64,000 bases of DNA from Thermoplasmata archaeon (GTDB lineage: Archaea > Thermoplasmatota > Thermoplasmata > UBA10834). Below the pieces are notes generated by a model that was not told the DNA's origin, made no database searches, and was given only the letters and a program-made list of their open reading frames with translations. The DNA is taken from the NCBI GenBank assembly GCA_014859835.1, contig JACZKW010000047.1, positions 68,794 to 132,793 on the forward strand, in the 5' to 3' direction. Each line of letters starts with the position of its first letter. The first letter of the stretch is position 1. Below, one piece after another: positions 48,536-58,259 of the stretch. A program made the translations under genes and the position numbers.

Positions 48536-49116
48536 GCCTTGACCTCCTCTTCGATGCCTATGAGTTTGTCGTACTTCGACGCGTGTATCAGGACATTGAT
48601 CTCCCGCAATACCTTCTTGTAACTCGGATCGTTCGAATGCACCTGCTCCAGGCCAAGCTCGCTTCGGATCTTGTTGATCTCCTCGTCCGGTTTGACGCTC
48701 TGGCCATACCTCACGAGGTTCGTTGCGGCTACCTTGATGAACGGAGGTATGACTCCTTCCCTGACTGCTATGTGTCTAAGTGCGATCATCACCTCGGCCG
48801 GATTGATGTCGGCCGGGCAATGCTCGTAGCATCTGTAACAGGTCGCGCATACCCATCGGGTGCTGAGGGTGTAGCTCTTGAGTCCGAACTGGCAGTACTT
48901 GATGATGCTCCTTGTCTTGTAATCTATCTTCAGGCTTATCGGGCATACACCAGTGCAGTTTCCGCATTGGAGGCAGGTCATGACGTCCTTTCCGCCGTAC
49001 TTCTTGATTTCCTTCGCGAAATTTCGATCCAGCTGGCTCTCGTCGATGACCTTCTCCTCGACGAGTTTCTCCTTGAGTCCACTAATGAAGGTCTTCTCGA
49101 CTTCTCCGATGATCAC
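48532..49116 (-). CDS. hdrC: Heterodisulfide reductase subunit C
   Basis: CLQCGNCTGVCP and CATCYRCYEHCP (2x[4Fe-4S]). Confidence 0.9.
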   Translation of the reverse strand: MIIGEVEKTFISGLKEKLVEEKVIDESQLDRNFAKEIKKYGGKDVMTCLQCGNCTGVCPISLKIDYKTRSIIKYCQFGLKSYTLSTRWVCATCYRCYEHCPADINPAEVMIALRHIAVREGVIPPFIKVAATNLVRYGQSVKPDEEINKIRSELGLEQVHSNDPSYKKVLREINVLIHASKYDKLIGIEEEVKA

Positions 49117-51206
49117 ACCTCCGTCTCAGCGTTCTTCTTCTGAGGTGGTTTATGCGTCCCACATATTGGCGTCCATGCCGCCATGATCTCCGAATTTATC
49201 TGATCGTCAGTGAACTGCTTTGCGGTTATGGCCTTCTGTGGACACGATGCAGCACAAGTACCGCATCCATGGCATAGGGCCTCTATGATGCGCACTTTCG
49301 TGCCTCCCTTCTCGGATTCGTAGAGCTCGGGAGCACCATATGGGCAAAGTTCTGCGCAAAGGCCACAGCCGACGCATAGGTCTTCGTCGATCGATACCGT
49401 GAGCGGTTCTATCCTCACCTTTCCAGTCAGCATGAGCACTGCAGCGGACGAGGCCGCTGCCTTGGCCTGGGCGACGGAGTCCGGGATATCCTTAGGAGCC
49501 TGCGCGCAACCCGCGACAAAGATCCCGTCGGCAGCCGTGTCGACTGGTCTCAGCTTCGGATGCGCTTCCATGAAGAACCCGTCGGGGCTCGTCGTGATGC
49601 TCAGTATCTTCCCTATGCGCTTGCTCCCCTCGGATGGCACCAGGCCTGTCGACAGAACCACAAGATCGAATTCCCTCTCGGTGATCTTGTTGAGCAGCGT
49701 CTCCTCAGCCCTGATCGTGATGACCTTTGTCTCAGGGTCCTCGCTCAGCTTGGCTGGCCTGCCCCTGAAGAATTCGACTCCGTACTCTTCTCTGACACGG
49801 TGATAGAGTTCTTCGAACCCTTTCCCGAAAGCTCGTATGTCATTGTAATACACCGCGATTTCGGTGTCCGGCTCATGTTCCTTGATTATCTGCGCATTCT
49901 TTATCGCGTACATGCAGCAGACGCGTGAGCAATAGTTGTTGCCGATCTTCTTGTTTCTGGAACCGACACATTGGATGAATGCCACGCGTTTCGGTGTGAC
50001 TTTGTCCGAAGGCCTTATCAGATGCCCGCCGGTCGGACCCGAAGCGTTCAACAGCCTCTCGAGTTCGAGGGCCGATATCACGTTCTCATATTCCCAGTAC
50101 TTGTAGACGCCCTTCCTCATGGGCACATAGGTCTCGGATCCAGTCGCGATGATTATCGTCCCGACCTTGAAATCGAGCACCTCGTCCTCCATCTTATGGT
50201 CGATCGCGTTGTTCGTGCACGCCTTGACGCAGAGCTGGCACTTCCCGCTCTTGAAATGCAGACAGTTCTCCTTGTCTACAGTGTATTTCAGCGGGACGGC
50301 CTGCGGGAACGGGACGTATATCGCCTTCCTCTTCCCAAAGCCCATGTCGAACTCGTTATCCACCTTGACTGGACAGACATCGGCACATACACCGCATCCT
50401 ACGCACTTGTCCTCGTGGACGAACCGCGCCTTCCGCCTTACCTTCACATCATAATTGCCGATGTACCCCTTGACTTCCTCGACCTCTGAGTATGACAGCA
50501 GCTCGATGTTTGGGTTACGCGATAGCTCGACCATCTTCGGCGCGAGTATGCATATCGCACAGTCCCCTGTCGGGAATGTCTTGTCAAGCTGTGCCATCAC
50601 TCCGCCGATGCTCGGTTTGCTCTCGACCAAGTACACTTTGAATCCCATGTTGGCGAGGTCGAGTGATGACTGTATCCCGGTGACCCCTCCTCCGACCACG
50701 AGCGCAGCTCTTTCGACTGGGACCTCCCTTGCCTCCAACGGTTCCAGCCTGGCCACCTTGGAGACCCCCATCCTCACGAGGTCGATCGCCTTCTGAGTCG
50801 CGTTATCCTTCTCATGTGAATGGACCCACGAGCACTGCTCGCGGATGTTGACCATGTGTAATACGTACGGATTCAGCCCCGCCCTCTGTATGCATGTCCT
50901 GAATGTCGGTTCATGCAGTCTCGGAGAACACGAAGCTATGACCACTCTGTTGACATTCCATTCCTTGATCGCCTTCAGGATCTCTTCCTGACCAACGTCG
51001 GAGCAAGTGTATTTATTGTCCCGAGCGACCACAACGCCCGGCAGCTCTTCAGCTGCATCTCTCACTTTGACGCAATCGACCACGCCCGCGATATTGCTAC
51101 CGCAGTGGCATACGAAAACTCCTATACGTGGTTCGGTCGCGTCGCTTGTCCCTTGTGACGGCGTTCTTTCAACAGAGTCCTTTTCCAGAGGTTCGGGCGA
51201 GCCCAT
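49113..51206 (-). CDS. hdrA: Heterodisulfide reductase subunit A (canonical length, 697 aa)
   Basis: N-domain Cys cluster (…IGVFVCHCGSNIAGVVD…ASCSPRLHEP…EQCSWVH…), FAD motif ALVVGGGVTGIQSSLDLA, inserted and C-terminal ferredoxin motifs. A GGAGGGGGGA SD lies directly upstream. Confidence 0.9.
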   Translation of the reverse strand: MGSPEPLEKDSVERTPSQGTSDATEPRIGVFVCHCGSNIAGVVDCVKVRDAAEELPGVVVARDNKYTCSDVGQEEILKAIKEWNVNRVVIASCSPRLHEPTFRTCIQRAGLNPYVLHMVNIREQCSWVHSHEKDNATQKAIDLVRMGVSKVARLEPLEAREVPVERAALVVGGGVTGIQSSLDLANMGFKVYLVESKPSIGGVMAQLDKTFPTGDCAICILAPKMVELSRNPNIELLSYSEVEEVKGYIGNYDVKVRRKARFVHEDKCVGCGVCADVCPVKVDNEFDMGFGKRKAIYVPFPQAVPLKYTVDKENCLHFKSGKCQLCVKACTNNAIDHKMEDEVLDFKVGTIIIATGSETYVPMRKGVYKYWEYENVISALELERLLNASGPTGGHLIRPSDKVTPKRVAFIQCVGSRNKKIGNNYCSRVCCMYAIKNAQIIKEHEPDTEIAVYYNDIRAFGKGFEELYHRVREEYGVEFFRGRPAKLSEDPETKVITIRAEETLLNKITEREFDLVVLSTGLVPSEGSKRIGKILSITTSPDGFFMEAHPKLRPVDTAADGIFVAGCAQAPKDIPDSVAQAKAAASSAAVLMLTGKVRIEPLTVSIDEDLCVGCGLCAELCPYGAPELYESEKGGTKVRIIEALCHGCGTCAASCPQKAITAKQFTDDQINSEIMAAWTPICGTHKPPQKKNAETEV

Positions 51207-51675
51207 CGTCCCCCCTCCTCGACCTGAGCGTGTCGAAGTTATCCGGCCGAATGACCCCGCGAATGCACCATTTCCTGCAGACTGGCGCTTCCACTCGGCC
51301 TAAGTGTCTGACGGATTTGGATAACTGACAAGTGGTTAATATAGGTTTCGACGGACCCATTTCGAAAAACGCAGGTGTCGAGGCGATAATCGTTAAAGCG
51401 TGTCCCAGGGGTTGCAGTTTCTATTTCATAAATGGGGTCACAAATTCGAAAATCGTTTAATTGATGGTTCTCGATACTATAGGTGGCTACGAACCAGCAG
51501 ATTCCTGTCCGAACCGAAGGCCCGTAAAGTCGAAATCTCGACGAACATACCGTCACGAGGACGTCTCGTCTCGAAGTCCATCGCATCCCCTCATCGTCTT
51601 GGTCCTATTTGCAGTGTGTCCTCATCATTTTGGTGCTTGAGAACACGGCCATGAATGAGGTGACCCTGCGCATAT

Positions 51676-52764
51676 TCACTTAGCTGCTTGCTTCTTTCTG
51701 TATCTATATGATATGTGGCAACTACCCTCTCTTGAGACCATGCATGGACCGAGAGGGTTCGCAGGTGTGCATCCGGTTGAGAACAAGGGGCATTCCTCGC
51801 TGGTCAGGATGCCTCTCAACATCTCCCCACATCTGCATCCCTCGACCTCGGAGAACTCCTTCTCATGCACAGGGGCGAGGAGGTCAGAATATCTGCTTCT
51901 CGCGTCGTGAGTTTCAAATCTCTTTCTGATGGAGAGTCCGCTTCCATTGATCACAGGGAAACCTCTCCATAACACGTCGGATGGTTCGAACACATCCTCA
52001 AGCACCTTCATGGCGGTCAGGTTGCCCTCCCTGTGGACGACTCTGGAGTATTCGTTCTCCACCTCGGCTCTTCCATCCCTCACTTGATTCGCCAGCATGT
52101 ACACTCCCATCATCAGGTCGAGAGGTTCGAATCCAGCCACGACCTGCGGCATCTTGTACTTCTCAGAGAGGAACTCGTACGGTCTGGTCCCAATCATGGT
52201 GCTAACATGGCCCGGCTGTATCATCCCATGGAGACGGATCTCGCCCATCTCTGCTATGGCTGCCAGTGCTGGAGGTACCATCCTATGGCAGCTGAGGACA
52301 CTGAAGTTGGCGGGCGGGTCGTTCCGGATCGCAGCTGCTATAGTGGGAGATGTCGTCTCGAAGCCTATACCCATGAATACGACCTCCTTCTGATTGTTCT
52401 GGGCGAGGGCCACGGCATCATCGACCCCGAGGACGATTCTGACATCCGCTCCATCCGCCTTCGCGTCGTTCAGGGAACCTTTCTCACCTGGGACCTTCAT
52501 CATATCCCCGAAAACAGCCACGGTCACGCCTGCACGCGCGATGGCCAATATCTCCTCGATCTCTCCTGGTGGTGTGACACATACCGGGCATCCAGGTCCC
52601 TGCCGTATGTCTATCCCGATCCTTTTGAACTCGCTGTCCAAGCCGAACCTGACGAGGGTATCCTGATGGGTCCCGCAGACATGCATCAATGTGAGGTCGA
52701 GGCTCATGCGTTCGAGTTTATCGATTATCTTCCTCGACATCTCCCTGTCTCTCAATCTAAACAT
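51676..52764 (-). CDS. hypD: [NiFe]-hydrogenase maturation protein HypD; track ORF begins at 52809, with internal starts at 52764 and 52740 equally plausible
   Basis: …LMHVCGTHQ…, …GPGCPVCVTP…, …CRCGEML… are the HypD CGxH and CPVC motifs. Confidence 0.85.
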   Translation of the reverse strand: MFRLRDREMSRKIIDKLERMSLDLTLMHVCGTHQDTLVRFGLDSEFKRIGIDIRQGPGCPVCVTPPGEIEEILAIARAGVTVAVFGDMMKVPGEKGSLNDAKADGADVRIVLGVDDAVALAQNNQKEVVFMGIGFETTSPTIAAAIRNDPPANFSVLSCHRMVPPALAAIAEMGEIRLHGMIQPGHVSTMIGTRPYEFLSEKYKMPQVVAGFEPLDLMMGVYMLANQVRDGRAEVENEYSRVVHREGNLTAMKVLEDVFEPSDVLWRGFPVINGSGLSIRKRFETHDARSRYSDLLAPVHEKEFSEVEGCRCGEMLRGILTSEECPLFSTGCTPANPLGPCMVSREGSCHISYRYRKKQAAK

Positions 52765-53131
52765 CCGGGACCACCAACCGCAAGTTCTTGATAGTGCATT
52801 CTCGACCATTGACGATCCTGGCAGGCCCTCTGCACTTGGGGCACTCTAGAATCGGCACGATCCTATGTGGGGAATCCTCGGACGGTGACATCTCTCCCTT
52901 GAATCCGCAATCACACTCGATCGTGCCCTTGACATGGTTTATTGTCAGAGTGGAACCCTGAAGAATTGTGTCCTTCGAGAGGATCTCGTAGGAGAACTTC
53001 AATTGCTCCTCACCGAGCATCGTGAAATCGCCGAGATCCAGGAACACTTCCTCCACCTTGACGGCATTCCATTTCTTGGATTCCTCGATAAGCCCATCGA
53101 TGATCTGACTCATCACGGAGAATTCGTGCAT
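52757..53131 (-). CDS. hypA: Hydrogenase nickel-insertion protein HypA
   Basis: MHEFSVMSQIIDGL… (N-terminal MHE Ni-binding motif) and zinc-finger CDCG…CPKC. Confidence 0.8.
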   Translation of the reverse strand: MHEFSVMSQIIDGLIEESKKWNAVKVEEVFLDLGDFTMLGEEQLKFSYEILSKDTILQGSTLTINHVKGTIECDCGFKGEMSPSEDSPHRIVPILECPKCRGPARIVNGRECTIKNLRLVVPDV

Positions 53132-53134
53132 GGT

Positions 53135-53362
53135 CTATGCCCCTGCATTCTCCTGCTCTAGCATCTCGCGGAAGAGTTCGAGGGTCTTCTCGGCCTCTTC
53201 TTTGTCGAGGAGTTGGATGGCATAACCAGCATGGACGATGACATAGTCTCCTATCTTTGCGTCGACAAGACTGATGTTAGCGGTCCTGGAGACTCCTCCG
53301 AAATCGACGGTGGCCATCATCCCGTCGATCGACTTGACCTCGGCTGGAACTGCTAAGCACAT
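53135..53362 (-). CDS. hypC: Hydrogenase assembly chaperone HypC (75 aa); the track 216-aa ORF is an upstream in-frame artefact overlapping hypF
   Basis: MCLAVPAEV… has the invariant N-terminal MC(L/I)A(I/V)P. Its size is typical of HypC/HupF. Confidence 0.8.
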   Translation of the reverse strand: MCLAVPAEVKSIDGMMATVDFGGVSRTANISLVDAKIGDYVIVHAGYAIQLLDKEEAEKTLELFREMLEQENAGA

Positions 53363-53397
53363 CTGGCGGTCAGTATGCGGGGTCCGTTGATAAAGTT

Positions 53398-55605
53398 TTA
53401 GCCAAGCCTGGCTCCGACGATCGCGTTCTGCCCGGTCGATATGCCCCCGTCTCCGTTGCAGATGCGTCTGTGACCAACGAATGTCAATCCTTTCGACGTC
53501 ACGGTCTCCCTGACCCATGCGGTTATCGGGCCATTGTACGAGACCCCTCCAGTGAGGCCAAGCTGTTTCAACCCCTTCTTCTCGGCCATCTCGCACGCCC
53601 TCTCCGTCAGACCGACCACCAGGGTCTTGACGAAGGACGAGGCGGCATCTGCCTTTTCCTGATCGGATACGAGTTTCATGTCCAGGAGTGTATCGAACAT
53701 GGGTGCGGTCTTGGCAATCTCCAACTTTCCAGATCGCTCGAACCCCAAGTCGAACTCTAACCGAGGCTCGCCTACATCGAGCCATCTCTCAAGTTTTATC
53801 GCGGGCTCTCCTTCGTAGGTCCTTCTGCAGCTTATGCCGAGTATGCACGACACCGCATCCAGCACCCGTCCCATGCTGGACGCCTTCACGCTCTTAGCCA
53901 TCATCTTGGAGAATAAATCGCTGGTCTTGCTGTCTACCATGGTCGTCTCCCTCTCCAGCATGAGCTGTATGGCGGATACGACCCTCTTCGGATCGACGAC
54001 CGCCTTGTCTCCTCCTAGAAGCGGTATGCCTTCCATCGTCCCGATCCTTTCGTATCCCGAGTAATCCGCGAGAAGCGTCTCACCTCCCCACGAAGTGCCA
54101 TCATCGCCGAAACCGGTCCCGTCCCATGTCAGGCATACGAGCGGCCCATCGATCTTCCTATCTATCATCAACGAGGCAGCGTGGGCGTGATAGTGCTGTG
54201 TTTCGATCATCTCGCAATCGAACTCGTTCGCCAACCTCTTCGCCACGATCCTGGTCGAATATCTCGGATGTCTGTCTAATCCTATCGCGTCGATCTCTTT
54301 CACTCCGAGCAGTCTTGCGAGATGGTGTATGGTCTCATCTAGGTACTGCAAGGTCGGGTGCTGTTGCGATTCTCCAACATACTGCGTGAGGAATATCTCG
54401 CCGTTCCTCGTGACCGATCCAGTGACGTCCCATTGGGCGCCGACACCTATCACTGCGTGCGTGTGGTTCGCTTCGACTGGTACAGGGACGAACCCTCTTG
54501 ATTTTCTCAGGAAGTTCATCCCGTCCGAGTTGATCTTGACCACACTATCATCGCATCGATGGATTATCCTCCTGTTGTGCATCAGATACACGTCGAGCCC
54601 AAGGTCGAACGCCTTTTCGCTGTCGATGACCATCGGCTCACCCGGTGGGTTCGCGGAGGTCATGATCACGCCATCTTGCTTGAGATGTCTGAATAGAAGC
54701 AAGTGAGCTGCTGAATATGGAAGCATGACTCCAAGATTGTTCAGACCGGGCGACACTCCTTCGAGTTCTTCGAAATGCCTCTCAACCTTTTTCATCAGAA
54801 CGATTGGTCTCTGAGGTGATGTCAGGAGTTCCCTTTCGTCATCATCCATCGACACGTATTTCATGGTCGTTTCTAGGTCACGCATCATGACCGCGTAGGG
54901 TTTCTCCCCCCGTCTGTAGATGCTCCGAAGTTTCGGCGCGTTCTCGAAGGAACAGACAATGTGCATCCCGCCCCAGCCTTTGAGAATGCCGACGGAATCC
55001 TCATCTATCCTCTTGGCGAATTCAGCGAAGGGATCACCGCCTATTTCCTTCCCTTCTCTTTCGAACAGGCGATATTTCGGACCACATTCTGGGCATGAGA
55101 TCGTCTGTGCATGGAATCGTCTATCTTCCGGAGAAGCGTATTCATTGTTGCACGAGGGGCACATAGGGAAATCCGACATGCTCGTTCTGGCGCGGTCGAA
55201 TGGCAAGTCCGCGATGACCGTGAACCTCGCTCCGCATTCCGTGCAGTTCGTGAATGGGAACATGTGCCTTTTGTTCCCTCTAATTGAAAAATCATCCATA
55301 CACTGTGCGCAAATGGCCGTGTCCGTTGGTATCAAGGAGACTCTGACACCATCTGTGCTCTGGGATATCGCGAACTCTCCAAGCACCTCGTCGGATTCGG
55401 AGATATCAGCTCTATCTATTCTGGCAAGAGATGGCAAAGCCTCTTCGAGCCTCTTCAGGAACTCATCTGCGTCCCTATCCACATGGATCACGACATTGGA
55501 GCCATTGTTCAGGACGTAGCCGCGAAGCCCCATCGCTTTCGCGACCCTGTACACCGTCGGCCTGAAACCGACGCCCTGGACTATGCCATAGACCGTTATC
55601 TTCAT
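53398..55605 (-). CDS. hypF: Carbamoyltransferase HypF
   Basis: N-terminal acylphosphatase (…VQGVGFRPTVY…), two Zn-finger-like CxxC pairs, YrdC-like and Kae1-like C-terminal domains. Confidence 0.9.
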   Translation of the reverse strand: MKITVYGIVQGVGFRPTVYRVAKAMGLRGYVLNNGSNVVIHVDRDADEFLKRLEEALPSLARIDRADISESDEVLGEFAISQSTDGVRVSLIPTDTAICAQCMDDFSIRGNKRHMFPFTNCTECGARFTVIADLPFDRARTSMSDFPMCPSCNNEYASPEDRRFHAQTISCPECGPKYRLFEREGKEIGGDPFAEFAKRIDEDSVGILKGWGGMHIVCSFENAPKLRSIYRRGEKPYAVMMRDLETTMKYVSMDDDERELLTSPQRPIVLMKKVERHFEELEGVSPGLNNLGVMLPYSAAHLLLFRHLKQDGVIMTSANPPGEPMVIDSEKAFDLGLDVYLMHNRRIIHRCDDSVVKINSDGMNFLRKSRGFVPVPVEANHTHAVIGVGAQWDVTGSVTRNGEIFLTQYVGESQQHPTLQYLDETIHHLARLLGVKEIDAIGLDRHPRYSTRIVAKRLANEFDCEMIETQHYHAHAASLMIDRKIDGPLVCLTWDGTGFGDDGTSWGGETLLADYSGYERIGTMEGIPLLGGDKAVVDPKRVVSAIQLMLERETTMVDSKTSDLFSKMMAKSVKASSMGRVLDAVSCILGISCRRTYEGEPAIKLERWLDVGEPRLEFDLGFERSGKLEIAKTAPMFDTLLDMKLVSDQEKADAASSFVKTLVVGLTERACEMAEKKGLKQLGLTGGVSYNGPITAWVRETVTSKGLTFVGHRRICNGDGGISTGQNAIVGARLG

Positions 55606-55615
55606 CAGTTATCCT

Positions 55616-56266
55616 CTAGAGTCCCAACGCGGTGACCAGGTCATCCAACCCGTTCCCGTGCCTTGCGTCCATCTTGACGATCTTCGCGCCTGGGTTTATT
55701 CTTCGGGCATCCCTCTCGAGTATCCTCGGATCGACCTGCATGGCTTCGGCCAGGTCGATCTTATTGATCACTATGACATCCGAGAACGCGAATATCGCAG
55801 GATGCTTCCTGACCATATCGTCACCTTCTGTGACGCTGATCACGACCACCCTAACATGAGACCCGAGCGGGAAATCCACCGGGCATACGAGGTTCCCGAC
55901 GTTCTCGATGAACAGATAGTCTATCTTATCCAGTGGCAGATCCTCCAATGCGTGGTCGACCAGATGGGCGTCCAGGTGACACTCCTTTCCGGTGCTTATG
56001 TTGGCTGCTGGTATGCCGTGGGCCACTAGCCTCTGATAATCGTCATCGCCGGAAACATCTCCCGCGATTGCGGCGCTCTCTTTGCCCTTGGACTTCAGAT
56101 GGTCGACCAACTTCTCGATGATCAGGGTCTTCCCAGAACCTATCGCACCGAGGAAGTCGAACGCCCTTATGTCATGCTCTTCAAGAAGGGAGCGGTTCTC
56201 GTCCGCCAACCGGCGATTCTCCGCGAGAATATCTTTCTCCATGTCCACGGTGACGACTTTGTGCAT
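55616..56266 (-). CDS. hypB: Hydrogenase nickel-incorporation GTPase HypB
   Basis: Walker A GAIGSGKT and …NVGNLVCP… (CH motif region) and …NKIDL…. Confidence 0.85.
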   Translation of the reverse strand: MHKVVTVDMEKDILAENRRLADENRSLLEEHDIRAFDFLGAIGSGKTLIIEKLVDHLKSKGKESAAIAGDVSGDDDYQRLVAHGIPAANISTGKECHLDAHLVDHALEDLPLDKIDYLFIENVGNLVCPVDFPLGSHVRVVVISVTEGDDMVRKHPAIFAFSDVIVINKIDLAEAMQVDPRILERDARRINPGAKIVKMDARHGNGLDDLVTALGL

Positions 56267-56398
56267 GCTCGTGAATCCGAGCTTTCGCTTTAATATTTTG
56301 GCCCAGACAATAGCCGAATTCTAAGACCTCATTGCATATTCTGGATCGAAACGGTCCATGATTGAGATCATAAAAAAGAGAAGATCGAGGCGCAGTGT

Positions 56399-56674
56399 CT
56401 ACTGCTTGCCCCTCTCCTTGGGGTTTACGGATTCGGGCTCGAGTGCCGGCTCGTCCGCGACCACTTTCATCTTGGCGGCCTCCGACTTGAGATCCTTGTT
56501 CTCCTCGAGGACTCCCGTCAGGACCCCCATGATGTCCTTACCGTCGTTCAGATCTCTATACGCGCTGTCCAGATCCTCAATCGTCAGGACGGTGATCTTG
56601 TCCCCCTTCGCCTTGTCCCCGGGGATCAATTCCTCTACAGAGTATGTCCTCTTGCGGTCTGTGCTCTGTCTCAC
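56399..56674 (-). CDS. Small acidic hypothetical protein (91 aa)
   Basis: ORF only. No recognisable motif and the codon usage is unremarkable. Confidence 0.3.
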   Translation of the reverse strand: MRQSTDRKRTYSVEELIPGDKAKGDKITVLTIEDLDSAYRDLNDGKDIMGVLTGVLEENKDLKSEAAKMKVVADEPALEPESVNPKERGKQ

Positions 56675-56891
56675 GTTCTCACTTCCCCCGCACCCTTGTG
56701 CGTTGTGAGCGGAAAGAACAGAGTTCCTCCGCTTCTTAACCCACCATTACGCAATTATGGATTAATAAGCCAGTGGCTTGGAATTCCAATGATTTCTTAG
56801 AATATGTCCTCGGAGCCATTCGCGGTTTCATGGACCTGCATCAAAACATGGATTATGCTCTTGTCCCATTCCTGATCGTGTGCGTTGAGGT

Positions 56892-57905
56892 GTGACGGGT
56901 GATTGGATGAAACCGTTTGCTGATAGGATTATGGATGCTATTGATGGAAAACAGAATCCAACCTGCGTAGGACTCGACCCGCGCTTTGACATGATGCCTG
57001 GATTCTTGAAAGAAGAATGTCAGGCCAAGTATGGCGAGAATTTCGAAGCGATTGGAGAGTGTTTCCTCGAATTCAATCGAGCAATCATCGACGCTGTCAA
57101 GGACCATGTTGCTGTGGTGAAACCGCAAGCAGCATATTACGAAGCATATGGAGCTGCTGGGATTGGAGCGCTTCAAGAGACCGTTGAATACGCTATGAAT
57201 AAAGGATTGCTTGTCATCATCGATGCGAAGAGAAATGACATCGGCCCCACAGCTGAGATGTATTCCCGAACATATCTTGGCAAGGTGGATTCATGGTCTG
57301 GACCGACTCCATGTTTCGACGTTGATGCATTGACTGTGAGTCCTTATCTGGGTAGAGATGGAATTGATCCGTTCATCAATGATTGTATGGCCTATGGAAA
57401 GGGCATCTTCGTACTTGTCAAGACATCTAACCCTTCCTCTATTGACTTCCAAGATATCCCTACGATATTCGAGCATCCTGATAACGATACCATCGTTGCG
57501 GATCAGGCGGCCGCTCCTGCATATGTCGGGGTTGCCGAGAGAGTCCGTTCATGGGGGAAAGAAGTCATGGGGGACAGAAATTACAGCAGCATTGGAGCCG
57601 TGGTCGGCGCGACATTTCCGCACGAGGCCGAAAAGCTCCGCAAGCTGATGCCGGCTTCTTTCTTCCTGGTCCCAGGATATGGTGCTCAGGGGGGCACCGC
57701 ATCGGATGTCATGAATTGCTTCGATGAGGATGGTTTCGGGGCGATTGTGAGTTCCTCAAGAGGTATAATCTATGCAGACCGATCCGACAAATGCGCGGGT
57801 CGATATGCTGAAGGGGATTACAGCCTAGCAGCTGCCGATGCAGCGATCGCCATGCGGAACGATATCATCAACGCGATGCGATCTTGCGGCAAGTATCCAT
57901 GGTAG
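56892..57905 (+). CDS. pyrF: Orotidine-5'-phosphate decarboxylase, type 2 (long form); alternative ATG at 56907
   Basis: …CVGLDP…, …VKPQAAYYE…, …IDAKRNDIGPTAE…, …VVGATFPHE… match type-2 OMPDC. Confidence 0.8.
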   Translation: MTGDWMKPFADRIMDAIDGKQNPTCVGLDPRFDMMPGFLKEECQAKYGENFEAIGECFLEFNRAIIDAVKDHVAVVKPQAAYYEAYGAAGIGALQETVEYAMNKGLLVIIDAKRNDIGPTAEMYSRTYLGKVDSWSGPTPCFDVDALTVSPYLGRDGIDPFINDCMAYGKGIFVLVKTSNPSSIDFQDIPTIFEHPDNDTIVADQAAAPAYVGVAERVRSWGKEVMGDRNYSSIGAVVGATFPHEAEKLRKLMPASFFLVPGYGAQGGTASDVMNCFDEDGFGAIVSSSRGIIYADRSDKCAGRYAEGDYSLAAADAAIAMRNDIINAMRSCGKYPW

Positions 57906-57962
57906 AAGAATGCCGGAACAAACCTTTTCCTCTTCAATCGCTGGAATCATGAACGATGGTCC

Positions 57963-58256
57963 TCAGGTCGGAGCCCTATTGTGTATGACTTCGTTGATCC
58001 AATTTATCAGCTTTGCATATGCCTGCTCGCCTTTCTGAGTCAGCACGACTCTCTCATGCCCATCATCGGAGTCCTCGATCCTCACCAGGCCATGCTCAGT
58101 CATCCAGACCAGGTACTTCTTGAAGACATCATAATTGATATTCGAAGCCACTTGAAGCCTTGTCTTGAGCATTGGACCATTCTGTCTCCAGAGCCGGTCC
58201 AGCAGCCTGGACACTACGTAGAGGTCTGGTTTTTCCATGACATGATGGTCCGCCAT
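57963..58256 (-). CDS. Small winged-helix DNA-binding protein
   Basis: …NINYDVFKKYLVWMTEHGLVRIEDSDDGHERVVLTQKGEQAY… is wHTH-like. It overlaps the upstream membrane-protein gene (the preceding gene on the minus strand). Confidence 0.45.
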   Translation of the reverse strand: MADHHVMEKPDLYVVSRLLDRLWRQNGPMLKTRLQVASNINYDVFKKYLVWMTEHGLVRIEDSDDGHERVVLTQKGEQAYAKLINWINEVIHNRAPT

Positions 58257-58259
58257 CGG

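Noticed and set aside
47726-48622. 298-aa plus-strand ORF antisense to hdrB, and 52033-52791 antisense to hypD
   Set aside because: Same reasoning. The genuine CCG-domain and HypD motifs are on the minus strand.
53363-53785. N-terminal 140 aa of the 216-aa track ORF containing hypC
   Set aside because: It overlaps the 3' end of hypF in another frame. The HypC family invariably starts MC(L/I)A, found at 53362.
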